Source of the DNA: a virus
Lineage: Duplodnaviria > Caudoviricetes
Reading direction: 5' to 3' (one strand)
Virus record (IMG/VR): IMGVR_UViG_3300029305_004466
DNA: 64,000 nt
Shown in pieces: positions 52,043-60,356 of the stretch. Positions within the stretch are counted from its first letter, which is position 1, and each line of letters starts with the position of its first letter. Under the pieces are notes generated by a model. That model ran no database searches. It had not been told where the DNA came from and saw nothing but the letters and a program-made list of their open reading frames with translations. Made by a program: the position numbers and the translations under genes.

Positions 52043-52516
52043 ATGGAAAAAACAAAAGAATTGTGTAGCAAGATATACATGCATTGGTTCTTAGAAGAAA
52101 TGAAAGACCCCAAAATGCCTTACAAAGAAATTGATGAGGAATTTCTACAGAACTCTTTTATCACAAAGATTCTTCTTACAAAATTTAAATCGTTTGATGT
52201 TGATATTCATTTACCAATGCCTCTGTTAGCATTATTATCATTGTGTACAGATGAAAATCCGGGCATGTCTCAAATCATTCTTAAGGATTTACTTAATAGC
52301 ATTAAATCACGCATGGGAGCTATACCAAAAGGCTACGTTATTACGTCTACAGATTTTGCTTTTTGTTTCCCAAATAGTTTCCCTATAATTGCTAACGAGC
52401 AAATTTATGAGAAGTATATTAAATTATGGGATGGACAAAAACGTGAAAGACCAAATGAAATGGCAAGTGATAACTTGTGTGACACACCTGAATGGTGGAA
52501 AGAGGTTATGCAATGA
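52043..52516 (+). CDS. Hypothetical protein
   Basis: Start MEKTKE. Confidence 0.55.
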   Translation: MEKTKELCSKIYMHWFLEEMKDPKMPYKEIDEEFLQNSFITKILLTKFKSFDVDIHLPMPLLALLSLCTDENPGMSQIILKDLLNSIKSRMGAIPKGYVITSTDFAFCFPNSFPIIANEQIYEKYIKLWDGQKRERPNEMASDNLCDTPEWWKEVMQ

Positions 52517-52698
52517 AAAGAAAAGTAAACAGGTTTTTTAAGGCATTGTTGGCGGGGACAGCTGTTTTTGCAATAGCTACAACATTCGCATTACTTATTA
52601 GCTATTTTGTTAAGAACTCTTCAGCGATAGGCATCTTAGGAGTGATATTCATTCTTGTATTGGTAGTCGGTTATGCCTTAACTTCAGACCTGCCTTAA
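52513..52698 (+). CDS. Small two-TM membrane protein
   Basis: Two hydrophobic helices; GAGG RBS. Confidence 0.5.
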   Translation: MKRKVNRFFKALLAGTAVFAIATTFALLISYFVKNSSAIGILGVIFILVLVVGYALTSDLP

Positions 52699-52836
52699 AT
52701 AAAAAGGAGGAAAAGAGTATGAAAAAGAAGGATAAGAAACGCAAATGGAGTAATCGTGATAACATATTTGTTATTACAGCTATAATAATCCTGATAATTT
52801 CGACTGCACTAATTATTATACGTTAGGAGAAAAAAC

Positions 52837-53343
52837 ATGGCGATAATGGGTGAATGGATTCCGCATTGTGGATTCAAATCAAAAGCTGATGCTCACAAAG
52901 TAGCGTTAGAGCTTGAAAGCATCGGATATGATAATGGCACCGATGAATTTAATACACAAGAAATTGTAGATTTTGCACGTAATAATCCCACTTGTGAAAT
53001 TCATAAGTTATTAGAATGGGACGATAAAATAGCTGCTGAAGCTCATCGTAATGAGCAAGCGAGAGAGATTCTTCGTTTTCTTAAAATCACTGTTGTAACA
53101 ACACAGGAAGACAATCCAGTATTTCAGCCAACAAAAGTAAGATACTTTGTTAATACTGGTAAACATGATGGAACATATAAGAAAACTGAAGTCGTATTCC
53201 AGAATGCTAGTGAAGCAGACAGAATTATGGAAGGTATGAGGCGTGATGCTGAGAATTTTATTAACAGATATCAGATTTATGCTCATCTTAATCCGAATAT
53301 TCCTGCTGCTATTCAGGCATTACAAGCAGTAATCAATCCTTAA
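52837..53343 (+). CDS. Phage protein (IH..LEWDD..AAE..R..QAR motif); candidate accessory of the repeat/RAMP system
   Basis: 168 aa; ends immediately before the pentamer array. Confidence 0.6.
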   Translation: MAIMGEWIPHCGFKSKADAHKVALELESIGYDNGTDEFNTQEIVDFARNNPTCEIHKLLEWDDKIAAEAHRNEQAREILRFLKITVVTTQEDNPVFQPTKVRYFVNTGKHDGTYKKTEVVFQNASEADRIMEGMRRDAENFINRYQIYAHLNPNIPAAIQALQAVINP

Positions 53344-53353
53344 TAAGTTGATG

Positions 53354-53952
53354 TTTTCTCTTGCATATATATTGGCTTAAATGCCAATGACAATAAGGCA
53401 ATTCATTGCACATAATTTCATAACAGGACAGCACAAAATACGTCAACATAGGCTAAGACATGTTAGCTCACATGGCTCTTTTGAGCCAATATATATGTAA
53501 GAGAGGACAGGACAACTCAGTGCATTTTACCACAATGAATGACAATCTATAACATGACAGAGGGGCGAGGACACTCGCCCCATTTTTATAAGTATAAATA
53601 TTGGCTTTAATTAGTCAATGAATATATTACAATACAAATGCACGATAGCTTAATACTGAACAGAATAGCATAATGCATGATACAATAAAACACATGGCTC
53701 TTAGAGCCTTTATTTATGCTTATAAATAGTAGGATTATGAATACATATATTGGCTTTAATGGTCAATGAAAACAAAATAAGTAAGCTGATTATTGTACAG
53801 AACAGCCCAGCCCACTACAAAACAGTACAGGACAAAACAAATGGCTCTTAGAGCCTTTATATGTGTTCATAAACACAAGCACAAAGACAGCAGAATACAT
53901 GTCAGTGCAACATAGGATATTACAAAACATTTAAATCCTATCAAAAGATAGG
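53354..53952 (+). repeat. Array of hairpin-framed pentamer (N-Y-A-N-N) tracts; candidate guide RNAs
   Basis: Three cassettes with outer stem, ATTGGCTT..CAATG hairpin, tract and ATGGCTCTT(T/A)GAGCC hairpin (53354-53505, 53585-53726, 53735-53872), plus two free tracts (53507-53561, 53887-53936). A at unit position 3 in 16/16, 11/11, 13/14 and 10/10 units of tracts A, B, D, E. Confidence 0.85.
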
Positions 53953-53970
53953 TAGAAGGAGACACACATT

Positions 53971-54645
53971 ATGGCAACAAAGAAAAACACAACCCCAGAA
54001 GTACAGGTAGTAGAAACTGAATTACAGAATAAGATTCGTTTCGCTACAGCAACAATCACCATTCAGGGTGATAGCGATTTAATTCTTAACAAGATGAGAG
54101 ACAGTACTACACAGCAGCTTGCAGATAAGCAGGAAGGTAAAGTACAGGGTACTAAGGCTCCTGTTAATATGTATGAGCATCTTGTTGGTTCTATTCACTG
54201 GTTAAAGGGTGAAGAAACTAACTATACAGAAGAAGGATGGAAAAATGCATTAGCAAACAATACTCCGGGTTATCCATCTTCTGGTTTAAAGAAAGCTCTT
54301 TGCGATGCAGTTGTTCGTGTATTAGGTGAAACATATAGCACGAAATTTAATGCAAATATGCAGATTCTTGATAGTTTCCTGCCGATTAAGTTTGCGGCAA
54401 GCACATATGATAAGTCTTTATTTAGTCCACAGAAGGGCAGTCCTGTCCTTTGTTACAGAAATGTATTCAAAGACTGGGAAACAACTTTCACAATCAAGTA
54501 CATTCCAGATAACTATTCTCTGGACCAGATTCTTGAAGTTATCAATTGTGCAGGCTTTGCATGTGGTATTGGTAGCCACAGACCATCTAGTAAGGGCGGT
54601 TCCAATGGTATGTTCCATGTAGCAAAGGTTGTAGAAATGGTATAG
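53971..54645 (+). CDS. RAMP/Cas7-like RNA-binding protein (Vipr-like)
   Basis: N-terminal ITIQGDSDLILN strand, YPSSGLKKAL helix (RAMP PxSxxKG-like) and C-terminal Gly loop AGFACGIGSHRPSSKGGSNGMFHV; abuts the pentamer array. Confidence 0.75.
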   Translation: MATKKNTTPEVQVVETELQNKIRFATATITIQGDSDLILNKMRDSTTQQLADKQEGKVQGTKAPVNMYEHLVGSIHWLKGEETNYTEEGWKNALANNTPGYPSSGLKKALCDAVVRVLGETYSTKFNANMQILDSFLPIKFAASTYDKSLFSPQKGSPVLCYRNVFKDWETTFTIKYIPDNYSLDQILEVINCAGFACGIGSHRPSSKGGSNGMFHVAKVVEMV

Positions 54646-54652
54646 GTGTTTT

Positions 54653-55111
54653 ATGGCTGATTCAAAGAAAAGATTATATTCAAGAGAAACCATTAACAAG
54701 CATTACAGCGATTTTATTGAACAGGTAAAAACTTATAATGAAAAAGGCTTTCCTGATAAAATACTTGATGTTGTTATTTTTGGTTCGTACATTAATACAA
54801 ACAACCCTAAAATGCACGACTTGGATATAGGAATAAGATTTGAAAAACATCCAGAACTGTATGAGGATTACAAAAAGAAAATGTCAAAAGAGCAATTGGA
54901 GAAATATGCAAACAGATGTTTTTTGGACAGATTAGTAATACCTCATACAGAGGAAATTAGATTTTTAAAAGCAAAGCATGGAACTATTTCTCTATATGAT
55001 ATTGATTATGACAAAGAATATATCTTTAATGATAAACATTTGTACATAGTAAAAAATGGCGAGCTAATAGAAGATGCATTACCTATTCCTTTGAATTTGC
55101 AAACCAAATAA
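54653..55111 (+). CDS. Minimal nucleotidyltransferase (Pol-beta superfamily)
   Basis: VVIFGSY...DLDIGI motif. Confidence 0.75.
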   Translation: MADSKKRLYSRETINKHYSDFIEQVKTYNEKGFPDKILDVVIFGSYINTNNPKMHDLDIGIRFEKHPELYEDYKKKMSKEQLEKYANRCFLDRLVIPHTEEIRFLKAKHGTISLYDIDYDKEYIFNDKHLYIVKNGELIEDALPIPLNLQTK

Positions 55112-55119
55112 GGTGAAAA

Positions 55120-55332
55120 ATGATGAGTATTAACAAAAACCGTTATATAGGAAAAAAGATAGGTTTTTATTACGACAGTAAAAAAGCCGTACATGAAGTA
55201 GAAGCTATTATAAAAGACGTAAGTATTTTAGGTATACTGGTAAGAGTTACCAAAAGTAGTAATGTATTTTACAATGTAAGCAACCAGTATCTTATTCCGC
55301 TAAATGCAAGTTTTGTATACAAATTCTTATAA
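55120..55332 (+). CDS. Hypothetical protein
   Basis: 70 aa with AAGGTG RBS. Confidence 0.45.
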   Translation: MMSINKNRYIGKKIGFYYDSKKAVHEVEAIIKDVSILGILVRVTKSSNVFYNVSNQYLIPLNASFVYKFL

Positions 55333-55342
55333 GGAGGTACAT

Positions 55343-55591
55343 ATGTCACCGATTGAAATTCAGGAAATCACAAACAGAGTAAATGCTATGACTGAAGAAG
55401 AACAGGTTTTAGTCGCTTCTCTGTTACCTGTACAGCTTATGTTAGATGCAATTAATGCTAAGTATAACGCTGTTGCAGATGAATTAGATGAAATGAACGA
55501 ACTCATGAGAATTAAGAATAACCAGATTACAAGAGCAGCAGGTACTACAAGAACACTTACACATGTTCTTAATGAAATAGCGGCTGGTTAA
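55343..55591 (+). CDS. Hypothetical protein
   Basis: Start MSPIE after AAGGAGGT. Confidence 0.55.
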   Translation: MSPIEIQEITNRVNAMTEEEQVLVASLLPVQLMLDAINAKYNAVADELDEMNELMRIKNNQITRAAGTTRTLTHVLNEIAAG

Positions 55592-55598
55592 ATTTCTG

Positions 55599-55627
55599 TT
55601 GACACAAAATGTTACAAGCATTATAAT
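55599..55627 (+). promoter_or_regulatory. Consensus sigma-A promoter upstream of tRNA-Gln
   Basis: TTGACA-17 bp-TATAAT. Confidence 0.8.
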
Positions 55628-55858
55628 GTCATTATCCTTAATATGAGTTCATGAATTGGTTACTGTAATGCTCAGTATTAAATCATGGTTGCCTCTCGAT
55701 TGGCATTAAAAGGTCAGCCATAGCCAAAAACATTTCTACCTATCAGGTGGGTTAGGGGATTATCCCCGCTTACTAAAAAACTTTTGTACGCTGGAAGTTC
55801 CGTAGGGGTGTCTGTTAGCTTAGGGCGAAACAGAGGGTAGTTTATAAAGCGTACACCT

Positions 55859-55931
55859 TGGGCTATCGCCAAGCGGTAAGGCACAGCACTTTGACTGCTG
55901 CATTTCGTTGGTTCAAATCCAACTAGCCCAG
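55859..55931 (+). tRNA. tRNA-Gln(TTG)
   Basis: Cloverleaf; CAGCA-CT TTG AC-TGCTG. Confidence 0.92.
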
Positions 55932-56059
55932 TTCGAGATGAAAATCTCGCAGAAACCTTTATTATGTTGTTTGTTGATTAATAATATAATTCGTGTTTCT
56001 ACTTCCTTTCTGGCAGGGGCGTGTATAACGCCCCAATTTTATTATATGGAGGACATATC

Positions 56060-56497
56060 ATGAATGTTGAAGAATACATAAAACAACATGATGAAATAAA
56101 TTATTGTGAAGCTATTATTTATCCTGATGGTACTATAGAAGATGCTATTCCAAGTCATTTAGAAAAACTTAAAAAGATAACTAATCTACCAAGAAAAGTT
56201 CTTAATAAGATGATGCCTATGAATGCTTCTCCGGTAGATTGGTTATTAGGATATACAAAATGTATAGCAGTATGGTGGGGATTGTTTAAATACGATTCTA
56301 TAACACCTGAACAGTTAAATACCATCCAAGAATTAGTAAACCATGGAGTTATGCATGAACTTTCAAGAGGGTATGAAACAGATGAATATTTAAGATGTGC
56401 ATTAATTGATAAGTATTACAAAGGTGAAATATCATTTGAGGATATACCAGATAAGAGAAATGGAAAAATTTGCGTTACAAAGCAGACAACCACTTGA
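56060..56497 (+). CDS. Hypothetical protein
   Basis: Start MNVEEY after GGAGG; NYCEAIIYPDG...AIPSH. Confidence 0.55.
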   Translation: MNVEEYIKQHDEINYCEAIIYPDGTIEDAIPSHLEKLKKITNLPRKVLNKMMPMNASPVDWLLGYTKCIAVWWGLFKYDSITPEQLNTIQELVNHGVMHELSRGYETDEYLRCALIDKYYKGEISFEDIPDKRNGKICVTKQTTT

Positions 56498-56635
56498 CAT
56501 TATTTTCTTATAGGATTAATATAATAGTGGTTCGTTTGGTTGCATTTTTCATTTTTGGTATCTCCCTTCAATCCCCCTCTGCCGATTTCTTCGGTTAGAG
56601 GGGGATTTACTTTTATTAAATTTAGGAGGATAAAT

Positions 56636-56905
56636 ATGATAGATGTTTACTATGCTTTTGAAACAGAAAACAAACTTAGAGAGCCAGCATTAGTCTGGGT
56701 AGAAAAGTATTTTTATGACAAGTTTGGCTACTTCGATGATGGTGGTACAAATTTTGACAAAATAAATGATGCACTTTTGGACATTGGATGCTATGAACTT
56801 ATGGAAGCATGTTCAGGGATGCCAATGTCAGAAGAAGCAATGGTTTCTGCAATGCAGCTTAAAGGTTTTAATATGATTTTCAATCCAAATATTTTAGGAG
56901 GTTAA
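56636..56905 (+). CDS. Hypothetical protein
   Basis: Start MIDVYY after AGGAGG. Confidence 0.5.
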   Translation: MIDVYYAFETENKLREPALVWVEKYFYDKFGYFDDGGTNFDKINDALLDIGCYELMEACSGMPMSEEAMVSAMQLKGFNMIFNPNILGG

Positions 56906-56906
56906 T

Positions 56907-57257
56907 ATGGGAAGAAAAAATAATCGTTTAGTTGCAATACCAGATAAGAAATTTGACAAGTTTGTTAAATCTTTTATGGAAGAACAAAGGCAACAAAAAG
57001 AAGAAAAAGAACACAGAAGACCAATTTATTTCAGACCAGAACAAGATTACAGAAAAGAACGTCTTGAATATGCTATTCAGCAGTTAGAAGCTAATGGTAT
57101 TCCTTATCATGTTATTAACGAAGAAAAAACATTTATGGAATGTCAGAGAAAAAATTATCCTAATCAATGGATTAAATTCTATGCATCTTCAGGATACATT
57201 ATGGGTTCTGAATCCAGAGGTATTAGGTCATTAATCAATTTATTATTGGAGGTATAA
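56907..57257 (+). CDS. Hypothetical protein
   Basis: AGGAGG RBS; 116 aa. Confidence 0.55.
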   Translation: MGRKNNRLVAIPDKKFDKFVKSFMEEQRQQKEEKEHRRPIYFRPEQDYRKERLEYAIQQLEANGIPYHVINEEKTFMECQRKNYPNQWIKFYASSGYIMGSESRGIRSLINLLLEV

Positions 57258-57259
57258 TT

Positions 57260-57637
57260 ATGGTTTCATTTAAAGATTTAACTCCAGAAGAACAGCAATC
57301 TATACTTGCTGAAGCTCGTGAAATGGTTGAACAGGAAAACATTCAAAAGAATGCCAGAGCTGTGTTCGCTCAGAAGAAAAAAGAACTTACCGAAAAGAAT
57401 TTAGATGAGATTTATAAGGAATTTCATATTCTTGCTACTTCACATAAAAAGGCAATGCAACAGAAATATGTAGGTATGGTAAATATGCTTTACAGAATGA
57501 ATCGTATGGGACTTAGAGGCATTGATGCAACTGGTATAAATCAGATTACTACTCAGAGTGAATGGTTTGATTATGAGCAGATTGCAAATGCAACTAAGGA
57601 TTACATTATTTCATGTCATAAAAAGTTCATACCGTAG
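57260..57637 (+). CDS. Hypothetical protein
   Basis: GGAGGT RBS; 125 aa. Confidence 0.55.
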   Translation: MVSFKDLTPEEQQSILAEAREMVEQENIQKNARAVFAQKKKELTEKNLDEIYKEFHILATSHKKAMQQKYVGMVNMLYRMNRMGLRGIDATGINQITTQSEWFDYEQIANATKDYIISCHKKFIP

Positions 57638-57817
57638 GAGGAAATATGCTTAGTAATGTACTTACTGCCATTGGGATTGTTCTTGCAATTCCAGTGGCTT
57701 CTTTATTGTCTATATTTTTATTTTGTTGTTTAAAGGCATTAGTCGCTAAAGAAATTGAAAATATGGACAAAGAATTTGAACTTATCAACAATTTACTTAC
57801 AAACGAGGAGGTGCAAA

Positions 57818-58087
57818 ATGGCTGATACTAACATTGTTACGTTAAATACTAGCTCTTATAATCAGATAAAGAGCGATAACTTCCGTTTGGAAATGTTCGT
57901 AGAAAACATTTTACTTAATGCAAGATTATCTGATGACCATCAGAAACTTGAATTTGATAGTGATGATATTGTTACGGCATTAAATTTCTGTTTTGCAGAA
58001 AGATACAAAAAGAAGTTAGCTTATCTTAAAACACAATACAATCGTAATGGACTCTCAACTAAGAAGGAGGAAGAAGAAAATGGCTAA
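57818..58087 (+). CDS. Hypothetical protein
   Basis: Start MADTN after GAGGAGG. Confidence 0.5.
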   Translation: MADTNIVTLNTSSYNQIKSDNFRLEMFVENILLNARLSDDHQKLEFDSDDIVTALNFCFAERYKKKLAYLKTQYNRNGLSTKKEEEENG

Positions 58088-58532
58088 ATACAATATTTAT
58101 GCAGTTGCCTATGGTTTAGACCCAAAAACTAAAGAACCAGTAAGTGGTCTTAAATTCCGTGCTTGGGACGAATGTAAGCCTTATATTACTGGCGTTGAAG
58201 GAGCTAAATTTAAAGGCTTTTTAACTGAGGCTGAAGCTGATGTATGGTTAGCTAAAACAGCAGAAGTACAGACCGAAAAAGAGCCAATTAAAAAGACAGT
58301 TTCTGGTTCTTATGAGATGGACGCAGATAATATCAAGAAAGTAACAAAAGCATTGGAAGAGAATTATAACTCTTCTTGTACTAGCTTGTTACCTGATTTC
58401 GCTAAGACATGTGAAGAACTTGGTGTTAATCCTGTTTCTGTAGCATTAGCATTACAGATGCAGTTTGTTTCTCAGCAGAAGCTTTTAAAGACAATGAAAG
58501 CTACCGCTGAATCAGACTTACCATTTATTTAA
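58080..58532 (+). CDS. RNase H1 N-terminal (viroplasmin/hybrid-binding) domain protein without a catalytic domain
   Basis: YAVAYG...G...WDECKPYITGVEGAKFKGFLTEAEADVW; tail DLPFI. Confidence 0.75.
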   Translation: MAKYNIYAVAYGLDPKTKEPVSGLKFRAWDECKPYITGVEGAKFKGFLTEAEADVWLAKTAEVQTEKEPIKKTVSGSYEMDADNIKKVTKALEENYNSSCTSLLPDFAKTCEELGVNPVSVALALQMQFVSQQKLLKTMKATAESDLPFI

Positions 58533-58546
58533 AGGAGGGTAAACCA

Positions 58547-58756
58547 ATGGCAACCAAATGTGCTAGTTGTGTACACGAAGAAGTGTGCAGATACAGAGAG
58601 AACATGATAAAGTTCGAAGACCATATCAAAGAACAGACTAAGCTTATGGAATTCAGTAATTTTTCAGCAGATGTTAAATGTAATAACTTCAAATCTAAAA
58701 CAACTAAGGAAGAAGGAGTTACCATCCCGGCATTCATGCGTCCAATGGGAGGTTGA
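58547..58756 (+). CDS. Small Cys-rich protein
   Basis: CASCVHEEVC. Confidence 0.5.
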   Translation: MATKCASCVHEEVCRYRENMIKFEDHIKEQTKLMEFSNFSADVKCNNFKSKTTKEEGVTIPAFMRPMGG

Positions 58757-58757
58757 G

Positions 58758-59129
58758 ATGGCATTTAATTTTTCTACCTTAACAAAAATCGCTAAAGCAG
58801 TATTACAAGAATCTGGTATGAGTATGACAAGATTTGCTAAAATGCATAATCTACCATTTGGTAATATACAAAGAATGTTGAATCAAGATTATGATTACAG
58901 AATTTATTGTGACAATATGTATATTTTGATTAAAGAATTAAGTACGATTCCTGCAATTCAGAACCGTACTTTTGACTTTACACCATTTGTTACAGAGCCA
59001 GATGGACCAGAAATGATTGGATATTTCTTAGGTATTGCATACAGTGAAGACTTGGGGAAACTTTATACCAAAATTCAACTTACTGACCATATTAATGCGT
59101 TGACTGAAATTTTACGCAAAGTACAATAG
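58758..59129 (+). CDS. Putative HTH-containing protein
   Basis: GMSMTRFAKMHNLPFGNIQRMLN. Confidence 0.45.
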   Translation: MAFNFSTLTKIAKAVLQESGMSMTRFAKMHNLPFGNIQRMLNQDYDYRIYCDNMYILIKELSTIPAIQNRTFDFTPFVTEPDGPEMIGYFLGIAYSEDLGKLYTKIQLTDHINALTEILRKVQ

Positions 59130-59139
59130 GAGGCTAATA

Positions 59140-59322
59140 ATGGGAAAGAAAATTCAACAGTTTATATGCAGAGATATTGATAACTTGGTAGTAATCGAAG
59201 ATAGTGTTAACAAATTTATGGAAAAACATAATGTACTTGATATTAAAGTAAATGTTGTTAATACCAATATTCGTTATGGAGATTTTGCTATCATCTATAC
59301 AGTGGTTTATCAAGATGAATAA
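59140..59322 (+). CDS. Hypothetical protein
   Basis: GGAGG RBS; 60 aa. Confidence 0.5.
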   Translation: MGKKIQQFICRDIDNLVVIEDSVNKFMEKHNVLDIKVNVVNTNIRYGDFAIIYTVVYQDE

Positions 59323-59593
59323 ACCTGTAATAGGAGTTATTGGTAATCATGATGGAGTAAGACAAACATTGTCTGAAATGATAAAATCCAATGACCCTGA
59401 TTATCAAATAGTTCTTGATGAAGAACCATATATACCAAGAAAAAGAGTATGCTGTAACTGTGGTAATAACAAAAGAATCAAAGACGATAAAGGTATGGTT
59501 ATTGAAAACAGATGTGCTATTGATAACCATTACATAGGTTATTGTGAATGTTTTGACCACTGGTGTAACCGATGGAGAAAAGAAAGAAATTAA
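59315..59593 (+). CDS. Cys-rich hypothetical protein
   Basis: CCNCGN...C...C.C...C. Confidence 0.5.
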   Translation: MNKPVIGVIGNHDGVRQTLSEMIKSNDPDYQIVLDEEPYIPRKRVCCNCGNNKRIKDDKGMVIENRCAIDNHYIGYCECFDHWCNRWRKERN

Positions 59594-59615
59594 AAACAAG
59601 CAAATATGCTAGTGC

Positions 59616-60240
59616 AAAAGGACACAGTTTCCCCTACGAAAGGGGTGGAACTGTGTCCTTAAAACTTTATGCAAACATGCCATTAGCTTTTGGACAGTAT
59701 CTTCAGTCTGTATGACTCCTGATTCGTCTTCTCCTCAGGTACAGCGAATACCCAAACCTGTACAACACCCCCGTACAGGCAGACCCCTAAGTAATAACAA
59801 CCACTATATGCATCCATATAGGCTCCTGTGTTAAAACTATCCTTGGAATCAAGGTATAAGTCCCCATAAAAGGCGTTCCCTTAAACTACTCGAAACACCA
59901 GCCCTTGTTTATTCGGAAAGAAAAGGTCAAAGCTAGGAACCTCTCATCTACGCATGTAAGATACGCCATAACGTAGGGAACGGGATTTTCTGAATAGGCT
60001 CTCGTTTATCCACCACCGTTTTTTGTATCTGAGTTCGTCCTCTCAGTCATTTATTATACAGGTTCATTCCTGTCATACACAAACGAATAACAATAAGTTA
60101 TCAAAATGGGTGGCATAACTCTTATCGGTGGTGCTCCCCGTACCGTCATTTTCCTGTTAGGTTGGATTTTATATGCAGCTTCAGGATTATCTACATACTG
60201 ATAAGTTTATCACTAATCATTTTTGATGTGTATAATTTCT
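59616..60240 (-). ncRNA. Unclassified ~600-nt structured RNA (minus strand)
   Basis: No ORF of 60 aa or more; long-range helices 60011-60018/60126-60133 and 59874-59881/59975-59982; ends in a strong hairpin plus TTTT on the minus strand. Confidence 0.5.
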
Positions 60241-60327
60241 GCTATGTATACCCATGTCTGGGTAATTAAAAATAGTAGAGCAAGCCCCGGACATGGACCT
60301 ACTCTACTATTTTTAAGGAGAACTTTA

Positions 60328-60356
60328 TTGACACCATCAAATGTTAGTGGTATAAT
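60328..60356 (+). promoter_or_regulatory. Consensus sigma-A promoter (rightward)
   Basis: TTGACA-17 bp-(TG)TATAAT. Confidence 0.8.

Noticed and set aside
53354-53952. Conventional CRISPR array
   Set aside because: No identical 25-45-bp direct repeats with unique spacers and no cas1/cas2. The variable parts have internal 5-nt periodicity, unlike spacers.
53354-53952. Simple microsatellite or coding repeat
   Set aside because: Units differ at 3 of 5 positions, are bounded by conserved hairpins, and no ORF spans them.
59690-59725. Group I intron core (minus-strand GAAGATACTGTCC resembles the S element)
   Set aside because: No properly spaced R element/P8 and no interrupted host gene were found.
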